Position numbers and translations under genes: made by a program
Notes under the pieces: model-generated
Databases searched by the model: none
What the model saw: the letters and a program-made list of their open reading frames with translations, nothing else
Told to the model about the DNA's origin: nothing
IMG/VR virus record: IMGVR_UViG_3300005673_000003
Span: 84,729-148,728 of that record
Length of the DNA: 64,000 nt
Origin: a virus
Reading direction: 5' to 3' (one strand)
In this document: one piece after another, positions 19,715 to 28,481 of the stretch
How positions within the stretch are numbered: the first letter of the stretch is position 1
Layout: each line of letters opens with the position of its first letter

Positions 19715-20397
19715 GGCTGCCCATAATTCTTCGCGCAAGTCTTGCCGTAGCCAACCTCTTTAGAGCGGTCATCCGTCAGCTTCCGGCAGCAAAAGCAGCA
19801 TCGACCGGATGATTTGCCGTACTCAGCGGCTACCTTGGCAGGATTAGCAGCGAACTCGACCAAAAGCTCTTTTACGTCATCGGTACATTTTGCAGTAGGG
19901 AGCAGAACCCCATCGGGCATGATCTTACCCAGATATTCCCCATCTGCAGATTTCAGATAGATAGCCCCAGGATTCTTACTATTCAGCTTTGCCAGGGATA
20001 GGCTGATTTCTAAGCCAGCTTTGGTTGCAAGCGCGATCGACGGATTCTTAAGCTTGGCCCCAGCGAAGCTGAATAACTCTTTAATCTTAAGTAAGCTGGC
20101 AGCTCCCCCCAGATCAGTTCCCTTTGGAACGGGCTTAGCGGCCTGATTAGCTTCAGCAAGCTTCTCGTTCGCAAGCTTATGCAGCCAGCCCAGTTGATAG
20201 TAGGAAAGCTCTCTGGTGCCATGAATAAACTCACTGCAAAGCTTTCGAGCGAAGTCTCCGGTTAGAGACTTGCAGATCTGGTAAGCTTCAAGGTCACTCA
20301 TTACAGCTTTCACGACTTCCCCGTTCTTAAGGGTGAACTCGCGAGGTTGAGCGGATTGCTTAGCAGCGGCTTCCAGCTCAGGGCAGTAAACGGTCAT
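19708..20397 (-). CDS. DUF6011 zinc-finger protein
   Basis: CCFCCRKLTDDRSKEVGYGKTCA C-terminus. Confidence 0.75.
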   Translation of the reverse strand: MTVYCPELEAAAKQSAQPREFTLKNGEVVKAVMSDLEAYQICKSLTGDFARKLCSEFIHGTRELSYYQLGWLHKLANEKLAEANQAAKPVPKGTDLGGAASLLKIKELFSFAGAKLKNPSIALATKAGLEISLSLAKLNSKNPGAIYLKSADGEYLGKIMPDGVLLPTAKCTDDVKELLVEFAANPAKVAAEYGKSSGRCCFCCRKLTDDRSKEVGYGKTCAKNYGQPY

Positions 20398-20438
20398 AGG
20401 TCTTCACTCCGAAAATCGATTGATTATTGCTTAATCCA

Positions 20439-20482
20439 AAGATAGCCGCTCCCTCTGGAAAATGTCAATATCTATCAATCTA
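20439..20482 (-). promoter_or_regulatory. conserved sigma70-type promoter, copy 1
   Basis: AGATTGATAGATA-TTGACA-N18-TATCTT. Confidence 0.65.
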
Positions 20483-20515
20483 TTTCCTGGGTAGAGCTGT
20501 AAAACCCTATCAAAG

Positions 20516-20689
20516 CTAGCTTTCGGGCTTCTCTTTATGCTGTAAAGCTGCTTTCAGGGGGATCTTAATGATCTTGCTTGGGGTGCCCTGGTGGTCAGTC
20601 CCTACCATGAGAGGGGTGAGTTTGGCACGCCTTTCGATTTCTTCAAGGAGAGCAGGCGGCAGGGGATTAGAGGGGTCAGAGTACGGCAT
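20516..20689 (-). CDS. small hypothetical protein (57 aa, below the ORF-track cutoff)
   Basis: MPYSDPSNPLPPALLEEIERRAK...KPES*; co-oriented and fills the gap. Confidence 0.4.
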   Translation of the reverse strand: MPYSDPSNPLPPALLEEIERRAKLTPLMVGTDHQGTPSKIIKIPLKAALQHKEKPES

Positions 20690-20702
20690 ATTTAATTTGA
20701 AT

Positions 20703-20948
20703 TTAATTTGAAGTCGATTCCATGATCAGCAAGCTAGCCAGGAGGCCGATGATGATCCCGACAAGGAAAAAGATGTCGGGTATCAGTAGGTTCCCTATCA
20801 GCAATAGGATAGCAGCGCAGAGAATAAGTATCGGATATTTTAGCCAGCGCTTCTTTTTAACCAACTGAGCGGCTAGTAAAGCGGCTAAGCCTCCCAGCTC
20901 TCCGACTATAAAACCCATACAAAAGGCGAAAATATGTAATCCAATCAC
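20703..20948 (-). CDS. small membrane protein
   Basis: three hydrophobic segments. Confidence 0.5.
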   Translation of the reverse strand: MIGLHIFAFCMGFIVGELGGLAALLAAQLVKKKRWLKYPILILCAAILLLIGNLLIPDIFFLVGIIIGLLASLLIMESTSN

Positions 20949-20970
20949 TCTATTTCTCCGATTGGTTCAA

Positions 20971-21330
20971 TTACTCCAGGGCTTCTCTCCACGCTTCGTC
21001 TGTCGGCTCCTTGAGGACTCCCAGTTTATGAAATACGATTAGCTGCAAGTCTCGCGCTCCCCGGCAGATCCTTTCCTCTGGCTGCCCGGAAAGAGCTGGG
21101 GCATGACAAAATTGGTTGCTATCATGCATGACTTGATAAACAAGCGCTTCATAGCCAAACTCGCCAAGCTCGACTCCCTGCCCATCTCCTCGCCAGGGGC
21201 AGGTAGCACACTTTCGAGGCATCACATTATTTGGATCATATTCCTGTTTGCTTGCCTGCACCTCCTTTGGGATGCGCGATCGCGCTTTTACAATATCGTG
21301 GATTGTGATTCTCTTCTTTTTCCTTACCAT
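20971..21330 (-). CDS. Cys-rich hypothetical protein
   Basis: CATCPWR...FCH...ICRG; GGAG RBS. Confidence 0.6.
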   Translation of the reverse strand: MVRKKKRITIHDIVKARSRIPKEVQASKQEYDPNNVMPRKCATCPWRGDGQGVELGEFGYEALVYQVMHDSNQFCHAPALSGQPEERICRGARDLQLIVFHKLGVLKEPTDEAWREALE

Positions 21331-21359
21331 GATTGCTCTCCGATTAATTGATTGATTTT

Positions 21360-23165
21360 CTAGAATGCCAAGCTACCAGCTTTTCGCATATTGTCAACCT
21401 CTCGAATCCGCTGCTTCAAGTCGTATATCTTTGCTGCTAGCTCATCGTCTCCATTTTCAATCCATTGGGCCTGTAGCTCCTCAAGCTCTGCCTGCAGCCC
21501 TACCTTTTCAAGCTGGCAGATGCAGAGCAGGACAAGCGGCATTGCTGATTCGATATTCTCAGCCTCGGCATCCGGCATCAGCTCTTTGGGGCATCCCTTC
21601 TCCTGGATTGCTAGCCATTGGGCAAATAGATTTGAGCTGCCCTGAGCTTCTATCTCCAGGATTTGCTCCCAATCCCCTGCCCTGGCTGTAAATCCAACCT
21701 GATACCCTTCGAGCATGGATCGAAACTCTTCCCGAATATCAGGGCAATGCAGGTAAACCTGAAGCAGCTTCAATTCCGCTTTTTCTAAATGTCCAGATTT
21801 CTGAATTTTTAGATTTTTAGATTTCTGTCTATTCCCCCTTAAGTGATTGGATAAATCCTCTTCTAATCGCCTGACCAGTGCGGGTTTACCGCGCCCCAGT
21901 TTTTCAGCGCACCTCCTCAAGGCATTGGAGCGATTGGCAGCATCTGGCAGGGATTTAAGAAGCTCCACCGTATCGCGACTGGCTTGCTGGAAGCTCGACA
22001 CATCATCCAAGTCTTTGTCGCTGATAATCCGGCCCAGCTTCCAATCAAACCAGGATTGAGCTTCCATGATTAGCTGCTGAAGCTCCTCGATTGGATGCTG
22101 GGATAGAAATTCGTCGGGATCTTTCCCTGCAAGCGTCAGCACGCTCACCGATACCTGTCCAGCCTGAATCAGGGGGGAAGCTTCGGTCAGTACCCTGCCT
22201 ACCGCTCCCTGCCCTGCCTTGTCGCTATCAAAGAGCAGTAGGAATCTCTTGGAGGTAGTATGCCGAATCGCTTGCCGGATATGCCCGATAGACAGGGAGG
22301 TACCCATCGAAGCAACTACATTTTTGACTCCGGCCCGGTGCATTGCTATGACATCAAACTGGCCTTCGGTAAAAATCACTTGCTCAGCTTTGGCGATCGC
22401 CTCCACTGCCCGATGCATTCCAAATAAGTATCTCCCTTTCTGAAAAATCTCTGTCTCCGCGCTATGCAAGTACTTCGGGCTATCTTCTGGCGTGATAGCT
22501 CTGCCGCTGAACCCCACTACTCGGCTATGCTCATCAAGCAGTGGGATAATCAATCGATTCCTGAAAAAGTCGAATGCTCTCCCATCCTTACTGGATGCCA
22601 GGGATGCTTTTTGCAGCAACTCCAATGAAAAGCCTTTCTGCTTCAGGTGGTCAAGCAACCCCTGCCAGCTCTTAGGAGCAAACCCCAGCCGCCACTCGCT
22701 TATCTCCTTGATGTTGGTTTTTCTCGACATCAAGTATTGCCAGGACGGGGAATTGTTAGCCTGCTCCCGTCGCAACTGCATCTGGAACCAGATACAAGCT
22801 GCTTCATTCATCTCGAATAACCGTTTTTGGAGGAGCAGCTTTTCCTTCAGCGCTTGCTCATCCTCTGCATCCTGCAACCGGATCTCAATCTGGTATCTTT
22901 CAGCCAGGTGCAGAACTGCATCGGCAAAGCTCATCCGGTTAGTGTCTTGGATAAACCGGAGGGCATCGCCACCCTTGCCGCATCCATGGCAGTAATAGTA
23001 ATTCTTCGCTGGATTGACGGTGAATGATGGGGTGCGCTCCTCATGGAACGGGCATAGCCCCTTATGCTCCCTTCCAGCTTTCTTGAGTACAACCTGTTCC
23101 TGGACGATTTCCAGAAGCTCTGCACGCTCCCGAATTTCCGTTAAAGTCTGCTCTGCGAAACGCAT
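21360..23165 (-). CDS. dnaG: DNA primase DnaG
   Basis: CHC2 finger CPFHEERTPSF...CHGC, KYLHS, TEGQFDV, TOPRIM DSDKAG. Confidence 0.95.
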   Translation of the reverse strand: MRFAEQTLTEIRERAELLEIVQEQVVLKKAGREHKGLCPFHEERTPSFTVNPAKNYYYCHGCGKGGDALRFIQDTNRMSFADAVLHLAERYQIEIRLQDAEDEQALKEKLLLQKRLFEMNEAACIWFQMQLRREQANNSPSWQYLMSRKTNIKEISEWRLGFAPKSWQGLLDHLKQKGFSLELLQKASLASSKDGRAFDFFRNRLIIPLLDEHSRVVGFSGRAITPEDSPKYLHSAETEIFQKGRYLFGMHRAVEAIAKAEQVIFTEGQFDVIAMHRAGVKNVVASMGTSLSIGHIRQAIRHTTSKRFLLLFDSDKAGQGAVGRVLTEASPLIQAGQVSVSVLTLAGKDPDEFLSQHPIEELQQLIMEAQSWFDWKLGRIISDKDLDDVSSFQQASRDTVELLKSLPDAANRSNALRRCAEKLGRGKPALVRRLEEDLSNHLRGNRQKSKNLKIQKSGHLEKAELKLLQVYLHCPDIREEFRSMLEGYQVGFTARAGDWEQILEIEAQGSSNLFAQWLAIQEKGCPKELMPDAEAENIESAMPLVLLCICQLEKVGLQAELEELQAQWIENGDDELAAKIYDLKQRIREVDNMRKAGSLAF

Positions 23166-23199
23166 TTATCCATACCGATCGATTGATTGCTTACCCTAT

Positions 23200-23244
23200 A
23201 CGGTAGGCTTCCATGCTGAAAATGTCAACATCTATCAATCTTTT
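23200..23244 (-). promoter_or_regulatory. conserved promoter, copy 2 (dnaG)
   Basis: AAAAGATTGATAGATG-TTGACA-N17-TACCGT. Confidence 0.65.
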
Positions 23245-23272
23245 ATGATTTACTGCCAATAATCGATTGATT

Positions 23273-24715
23273 TTAGCTGCTAGGGATGCCTGGAGAGGAT
23301 GACTCATTGGCAGCAACAGCTCCCTCGATAAATGATGCCCAGATGGAGCGGCCCACAACGCCAGCAGAGCTAGCTCTCAAGATAAAATCATCTTTACTCT
23401 TAAACGGCTGGTAGTTGCGAAGCTTTTTCGCTTGCTGCTCATTGGCTAATCCAAACTTCTCGACAATCTGAGCATCGGTCACATTCTTATCTGACAGAGC
23501 CTTGTTGATTTCGTCCTTTACAAACTGGTCGCGTGCTACCTGATCTGACGCTTTCTGGCCCAGCTTTGCTTGGAAATAGGCATCCCATTCTGGAGGATTG
23601 CTTTGATCTTTGGAGATACCAGAAGCCCCGGATTGCCTCATGGTCAATCCGCAGGCCGCAATCTTGATTAATGTCTGAGCTGTAGCCGATCTCCCGAATA
23701 CTGAGGAATTTCGGCTTAAATCCTGATTGGAGATCGCCTTCTTGATTGCCGCATAGTCAACTTGCAACTGCTCGACCTGGCTCTTTAAGTCGGCTGGCAG
23801 TCCGCCTGTATTCCCGGTCTGAATTGCATCTGCCAATCTGCCGCTATACTTCCCGACACCATTGGTTTTCCCGGCAATCTCATTGGCGATCGCATCATCC
23901 AGCTTGCTCCCCAGTTTTTCCAGCACCTCTTTAGGAATCAAGCCAGCCACAGCCGCTTGCATTAATGCGCTTGAAGATAGTCCAGCTACCGCACCAATAT
24001 TGCCAGCCTTATTGCCCTCCAGTAAATTGGTCAATTGCTGGTTCTCTTGAGGGGTAAGACATTTTGCTAAAACTGCGGTTGCCGTTGCAATAGTCCCTTG
24101 TCGCTCCCGCTCTGCATCGGTGATTTTTTTATTCCATCGGGTTAATTCAGTATCCATTAGCGGTTTAGCAAAGCGATGTTCCGATTCTTTGCCGCCCAAT
24201 AGCTCTAAACTTATATCCACCTTTGCATAATGGAAACCTTTGCCACCTGGGAATGGGTGCTCCTTGCTAACTTTAATTCCCCGGCAAATCAGGGGAGCTA
24301 CCGATTTAATCTCGCCCTCGGTGTAGAGGAGTGTCGGAGCATTGCCAGTTGCTGGATCAATTTGCTGCAAGGTCATACAGTTCTCGACCCACTCAGAAAT
24401 ATCTTTATCTGGACTGTAGAACTCCAGCGTCAGATTGAAGTCTCTTGTAGAGATGTTTACAAAGTTACTTCCAAGCCTTAGTGAATGGCCTTCTTGATTG
24501 CGACGGTTTTGTTGCTGAGATTGATCGCTCTTGATGATCCCATTCCCCAGGTTTAGCGGCTTGCCCTTATACGGGCCAGATAGAAAAACAATCTTGCAGG
24601 GCATTACTCCCTTTGCATAATCCGGCAGGATGATGTCACCGTTTGCTTGCGTAGCTGGGGCCGCTGCTTCGGAGGTTGGTTTGGGAGAATTGGGAGGCTT
24701 AAAGAAGTTGACCAT
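23273..24715 (-). CDS. putative tail-tube initiator/baseplate-associated protein
   Basis: RDFNLTLEF...AKVDISLE pattern reminiscent of P2 gpU/CIS tube initiators; long helical C-terminus. Confidence 0.4.
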   Translation of the reverse strand: MVNFFKPPNSPKPTSEAAAPATQANGDIILPDYAKGVMPCKIVFLSGPYKGKPLNLGNGIIKSDQSQQQNRRNQEGHSLRLGSNFVNISTRDFNLTLEFYSPDKDISEWVENCMTLQQIDPATGNAPTLLYTEGEIKSVAPLICRGIKVSKEHPFPGGKGFHYAKVDISLELLGGKESEHRFAKPLMDTELTRWNKKITDAERERQGTIATATAVLAKCLTPQENQQLTNLLEGNKAGNIGAVAGLSSSALMQAAVAGLIPKEVLEKLGSKLDDAIANEIAGKTNGVGKYSGRLADAIQTGNTGGLPADLKSQVEQLQVDYAAIKKAISNQDLSRNSSVFGRSATAQTLIKIAACGLTMRQSGASGISKDQSNPPEWDAYFQAKLGQKASDQVARDQFVKDEINKALSDKNVTDAQIVEKFGLANEQQAKKLRNYQPFKSKDDFILRASSAGVVGRSIWASFIEGAVAANESSSPGIPSS

Positions 24716-24741
24716 GCCTTGATTATCGCATCAAACAAAAA

Positions 24742-24762
24742 GGTTGCCTTTGTCGGGCAACC
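24742..24762. terminator. hairpin
   Basis: GGTTGCC-TTTGTCG-GGCAACC, with a U-tract on the - strand. Confidence 0.5.
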
Positions 24763-24790
24763 CTATGCAAGCCTGTCATAACTTGGTTAC

Positions 24791-25333
24791 TTAATTATGA
24801 TCGTAAAAATCGTAATTGTGAATTCCATGCTGACGATTTTCGTTTGAATCAAATGGAGCACCATCTTTTAAGAGTTTCTGCCAGTAGGAAACTGCCTCAG
24901 CTAAAAACTTGTCACGACTCTCATCCCCCTGCCCGAACAATAGTATTTCTGCATTTACAAGTGGCGGCAGTATCGCCTTAAGAAATTCGTAGACTCTACC
25001 CAGGAAAATATTAATAGCCTCAGGCTTTACAATCGCTAAAAATATCCCTCCCTCGTTATACGCTGCTGGCACTCCTTTGACAGCAAAATGAACCTTTTCA
25101 AGCTGATCTTCCATAAATGAAGGAGATAACTCAGTTGCTTCTAGCCAGAAGCTCTTGCAAGCGGATGCAGAAGCTTGAGTGACCCGAACCTGATTCTTGG
25201 CAGACATGACAATCGACCAATTGGCAGGGATGGAGTTAAATGGGCCGGAGTTTTTAATCGGCTCTTTTTTCTGCTTCTTAATTCTTTTGCCCTTGATTAC
25301 CCCACCATCAAATCTGTAAGTAAATTGAGCCAT
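24791..25333 (-). CDS. hypothetical protein
   Basis: ORF preceded by the 12-mer motif. Confidence 0.55.
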   Translation of the reverse strand: MAQFTYRFDGGVIKGKRIKKQKKEPIKNSGPFNSIPANWSIVMSAKNQVRVTQASASACKSFWLEATELSPSFMEDQLEKVHFAVKGVPAAYNEGGIFLAIVKPEAINIFLGRVYEFLKAILPPLVNAEILLFGQGDESRDKFLAEAVSYWQKLLKDGAPFDSNENRQHGIHNYDFYDHN

Positions 25334-25356
25334 ATTGCCTACTGGAAATCGATTGA

Positions 25357-26010
25357 TTATTGACTTCGGATAACTCCAAGCTCCATCCCATCCAAGCTTA
25401 GCGCTTCTATCTTCTTAAGTTTCCACCCTCTTGAGGTAGACTTAAAGCCAAATGAAACGCCAGCCGATACCGGATGAAGTAAGCTACGAGCGGCTACGTA
25501 TCGCGGCCAGCGATTCCCCCCACCTGGCCCAACAGGAACCATGTACAAGCTTTGATTCTCTGCCAGGATTGGATAGATTCTATTCCCGCGATAATCGCTA
25601 AGAGTCGCGATATAGAGCTTTTCACCCCAGAATAAATGCCTGGAAATTGCCGTTCTCATGAGCTTATTTAGCTCATCAGTTAAAGCTTCTTCTTCCCCAG
25701 GAGAAAACGTTTTCTGCGGATCTAGTTGAATTTCTAATCCACTGCAAATCACTTCGATTTTGCTATCTGCAATTAACTGCACCTGCACAGAAAAGGGGAA
25801 CTGATGCCCCTTGAATAATCGATTGATAAATGATTTGCAATCCCCTAAAGTTCCGGTTTTTACAGCTTTCGCCGCAAACCCTTCTCTAGTTTTATACTTG
25901 CGTATTGGGATCTTCACCATGTAAACGGTTTTATCGCCTCTAAAATCCTGATGGATGCTTAAGAAACGATGCTCCTGGACATAATAAATGATGTCCGTCT
26001 TGCTAATCAC
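25357..26010 (-). CDS. hypothetical protein
   Basis: ORF directly downstream of the conserved promoter. Confidence 0.55.
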   Translation of the reverse strand: MISKTDIIYYVQEHRFLSIHQDFRGDKTVYMVKIPIRKYKTREGFAAKAVKTGTLGDCKSFINRLFKGHQFPFSVQVQLIADSKIEVICSGLEIQLDPQKTFSPGEEEALTDELNKLMRTAISRHLFWGEKLYIATLSDYRGNRIYPILAENQSLYMVPVGPGGGNRWPRYVAARSLLHPVSAGVSFGFKSTSRGWKLKKIEALSLDGMELGVIRSQ

Positions 26011-26039
26011 GAGAGTTAACCGATTGATTATTTAGCCTA

Positions 26040-26086
26040 ATTCTATTGAGCTGATTATTTTTTGTCAATATCTATCAATCTTTTTT
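26040..26086 (-). promoter_or_regulatory. conserved promoter, copy 3
   Basis: AAAAGATTGATAGATA-TTGACA-N17-TAGAAT (near consensus). Confidence 0.75.
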
Positions 26087-26087
26087 G

Positions 26088-27353
26088 TCAACGGCTTCTA
26101 GCCGGATGCCAAAATGCTTTTGTTGATAGGTATAGAAAATCTGTGCCGGGATTGCTTGGATCAGAGCGAATCCGAATTTGATAATTAGTATTTGTGACCA
26201 GCAATCGCTCAAAATAATCAGACGGATTTAAGTATCCTGCTGTCACCGCGTTCAGCCCCCCATTTACTTCTTGATCCGCTTGAGCTGGATCAGAGATATA
26301 GATAGCGCTATTACTTGAAGCAGGATAATATTGGCCGAATACTTGCACCTCGCAATTAAGCCCTGGAGGTACGCTGACGTGAACCAGAGTCGCTGTAGTT
26401 GGCACCGAAGCAGAATAATTGATGAAATGATTGACCCACGTACACTTAGAGCCATTCTGAACAAAATCAACAATGCTTCCGGCTGCATCGGTAGCGATCG
26501 ACCAGATTAACGCACAATTCCAGCCGCTAGGAGCATCGCTTGCGTCAATAGACTCACTGAATCCGAAATCAACCGCGCTCCTATCAGCCTTCTGCATTGC
26601 AAAGCAGTGATACCACGTATAGGCAGCGATACTCCCAGAGAATAGCCCTCCATTTCCCGAACCCTCTGCCCAGGTTGCATCTAAGCGCTTCACGATAGGG
26701 GAAGGAAACGCAACTATTCGGTCATGCACCCAGGCAGAGCCAGATGAAAAATCAAGTCTGGTTTCTGGGTAAGTCGCATTCCTACTGGCGGTCAATCCGT
26801 AAATAAATCCAGCTACCGGAGCGTTATAGTTAACAGATCCAGAATTAGCGTCAACGTAGCCCTTTGTAGCGGCATCGGATGCTTCTACAGGGGTTGCCAG
26901 ATCTATGATCTTCTTGCTCCCTACGCTTAGATCAGAGGTTGGAGTAGCAAATTGATCCAATCTTAAAGCGGCTGCAACCGATTGGACGGATGGGGAGAAA
27001 TCAGAAAGCTTTGAAGCGGTCAGAGTGGGAATATCAGCGGCGGCTAGCGTCCCTCCTGCTGTTACCCTGCCCTTTTCATCGACATTGATTTTCGTGTAAG
27101 TTCCAGGCGTTACGCCTGTATTTTCAAGCGCTAAGTCGATGGCATGGGTAACAGCATTGTAGGTGCCCGTTGCATCCCCAGTTATCGCAAACCCGGTAAA
27201 AGGCCGGAAGATAGTTGCAGTCGCTTCATCGGAATTGATTGCCGCAAGCTGGCTCCCGCCATTCTGGATGAGCAATTGCCCAAAGCGAGGGGTTGTAGGC
27301 AGGGTGGCCCCAGCGCTTCTTTTTAGCAGTACTTCTAAATTCAGGGTAGTCAT
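26088..27353 (-). CDS. tail fibre protein
   Basis: GTYTKINVDEKGRVTAG and DAATKGYVD fibre motifs. Confidence 0.75.
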   Translation of the reverse strand: MTTLNLEVLLKRSAGATLPTTPRFGQLLIQNGGSQLAAINSDEATATIFRPFTGFAITGDATGTYNAVTHAIDLALENTGVTPGTYTKINVDEKGRVTAGGTLAAADIPTLTASKLSDFSPSVQSVAAALRLDQFATPTSDLSVGSKKIIDLATPVEASDAATKGYVDANSGSVNYNAPVAGFIYGLTASRNATYPETRLDFSSGSAWVHDRIVAFPSPIVKRLDATWAEGSGNGGLFSGSIAAYTWYHCFAMQKADRSAVDFGFSESIDASDAPSGWNCALIWSIATDAAGSIVDFVQNGSKCTWVNHFINYSASVPTTATLVHVSVPPGLNCEVQVFGQYYPASSNSAIYISDPAQADQEVNGGLNAVTAGYLNPSDYFERLLVTNTNYQIRIRSDPSNPGTDFLYLSTKAFWHPARSR

Positions 27354-27366
27354 TAATCAATCAATT

Positions 27367-28461
27367 TTAGAACGTGCCAGCGTCAATCGTGGTTAGAGCG
27401 GCGAATGCGGTATCAATGGCTGTCGCAGTCCTTGCGTCAACCGCGCTATCGAAATCAGTGATTTTAGAGACGGTCAGATCATTCCCGATGTGAGCGGCAG
27501 CGATCGGTGTTGCTTGCCAGGTTCCCGTTGTGATGGCTCCAACGGTTACTATCGAGGACTGGCCTGCATAGGCAGAGTCAATGCTTATCGTATTGCCGGA
27601 TTGAGTTAGTCCGGTGCCAGCGATCGTACTACCTCCTCCGCTGAATGCGGTGAACGTCAGTCCGGTTACACCTAAAGAGATTGGGCCAGGAGTAATCAGG
27701 CTGAATCCCAATCCAGCATTAACTATCCCCTCCTCCACGAAGGTGTACATCCCTGTAGTCACCTTCTCGGAAGTATCTGAATCGGATGCCCTAACAAGTG
27801 CCTCCCCTTCCCCGGCAAAGATGTAAATCCCGTTTGTTTCTGGTGTAGTCTGGTTTTTCACCAGAATCCTATCTCCAGGATTGAGCGTGATACCATCTAG
27901 AACTGTTGGAGTGGTCGGTATATGCTCTGTGGTAGCCGCTCTAACCGATGCTTTAATATCTAAGCCCTGCACCAATCCATCGGCATAGGCTTTGTTGACA
28001 AGATCAGTTCCAGCGAGTGGAGTACCTGCATTAGTGACTCGATAGCCCCCTAAATTGAGGTTGGCCCCAGAAGTTGCAAGCTGATCCAATCTCAGCAGTG
28101 CTGCCGCTGCCTGAGCCGCAGTTGTGAAATTGCCAATTTTCGTATGGGTCAAATCTGGAATATCGGATTCCGCTAAATTAGCTCCAGCAACTACTCTCCC
28201 CTTCGCGTCTACGCTGACTTTTGTGTAATCACCTGAAGTTACGCCGCTATTAGCCAGGGTGACATTAATCGAAGTGCTGCCAATTCCACTCACATCTCCT
28301 GACAAGGAGATTGCTTGGTTGGCAAGCAAATCTTTCGGGGTGCCGTCAGCCTTAATAATGACAGCATCTTCCCCGCCGTTCAATAGGAGCATTTCGCCCC
28401 ATTCATAGCTGGGAGGGAGTAATCCGCTTAAAGATCTCCGCAATAGAATCTTAGTCATCAA
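27367..28461 (-). CDS. tail fibre/head-decoration-like protein
   Basis: GDYTKVSVDAKGRV, VNKAYAD, GDRILVKNQT...NGIY, IDAGTF; paralogous N-half to the previous gene. Confidence 0.75.
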   Translation of the reverse strand: MMTKILLRRSLSGLLPPSYEWGEMLLLNGGEDAVIIKADGTPKDLLANQAISLSGDVSGIGSTSINVTLANSGVTSGDYTKVSVDAKGRVVAGANLAESDIPDLTHTKIGNFTTAAQAAAALLRLDQLATSGANLNLGGYRVTNAGTPLAGTDLVNKAYADGLVQGLDIKASVRAATTEHIPTTPTVLDGITLNPGDRILVKNQTTPETNGIYIFAGEGEALVRASDSDTSEKVTTGMYTFVEEGIVNAGLGFSLITPGPISLGVTGLTFTAFSGGGSTIAGTGLTQSGNTISIDSAYAGQSSIVTVGAITTGTWQATPIAAAHIGNDLTVSKITDFDSAVDARTATAIDTAFAALTTIDAGTF

Positions 28462-28481
28462 AAACCTCGATAATTGATTGA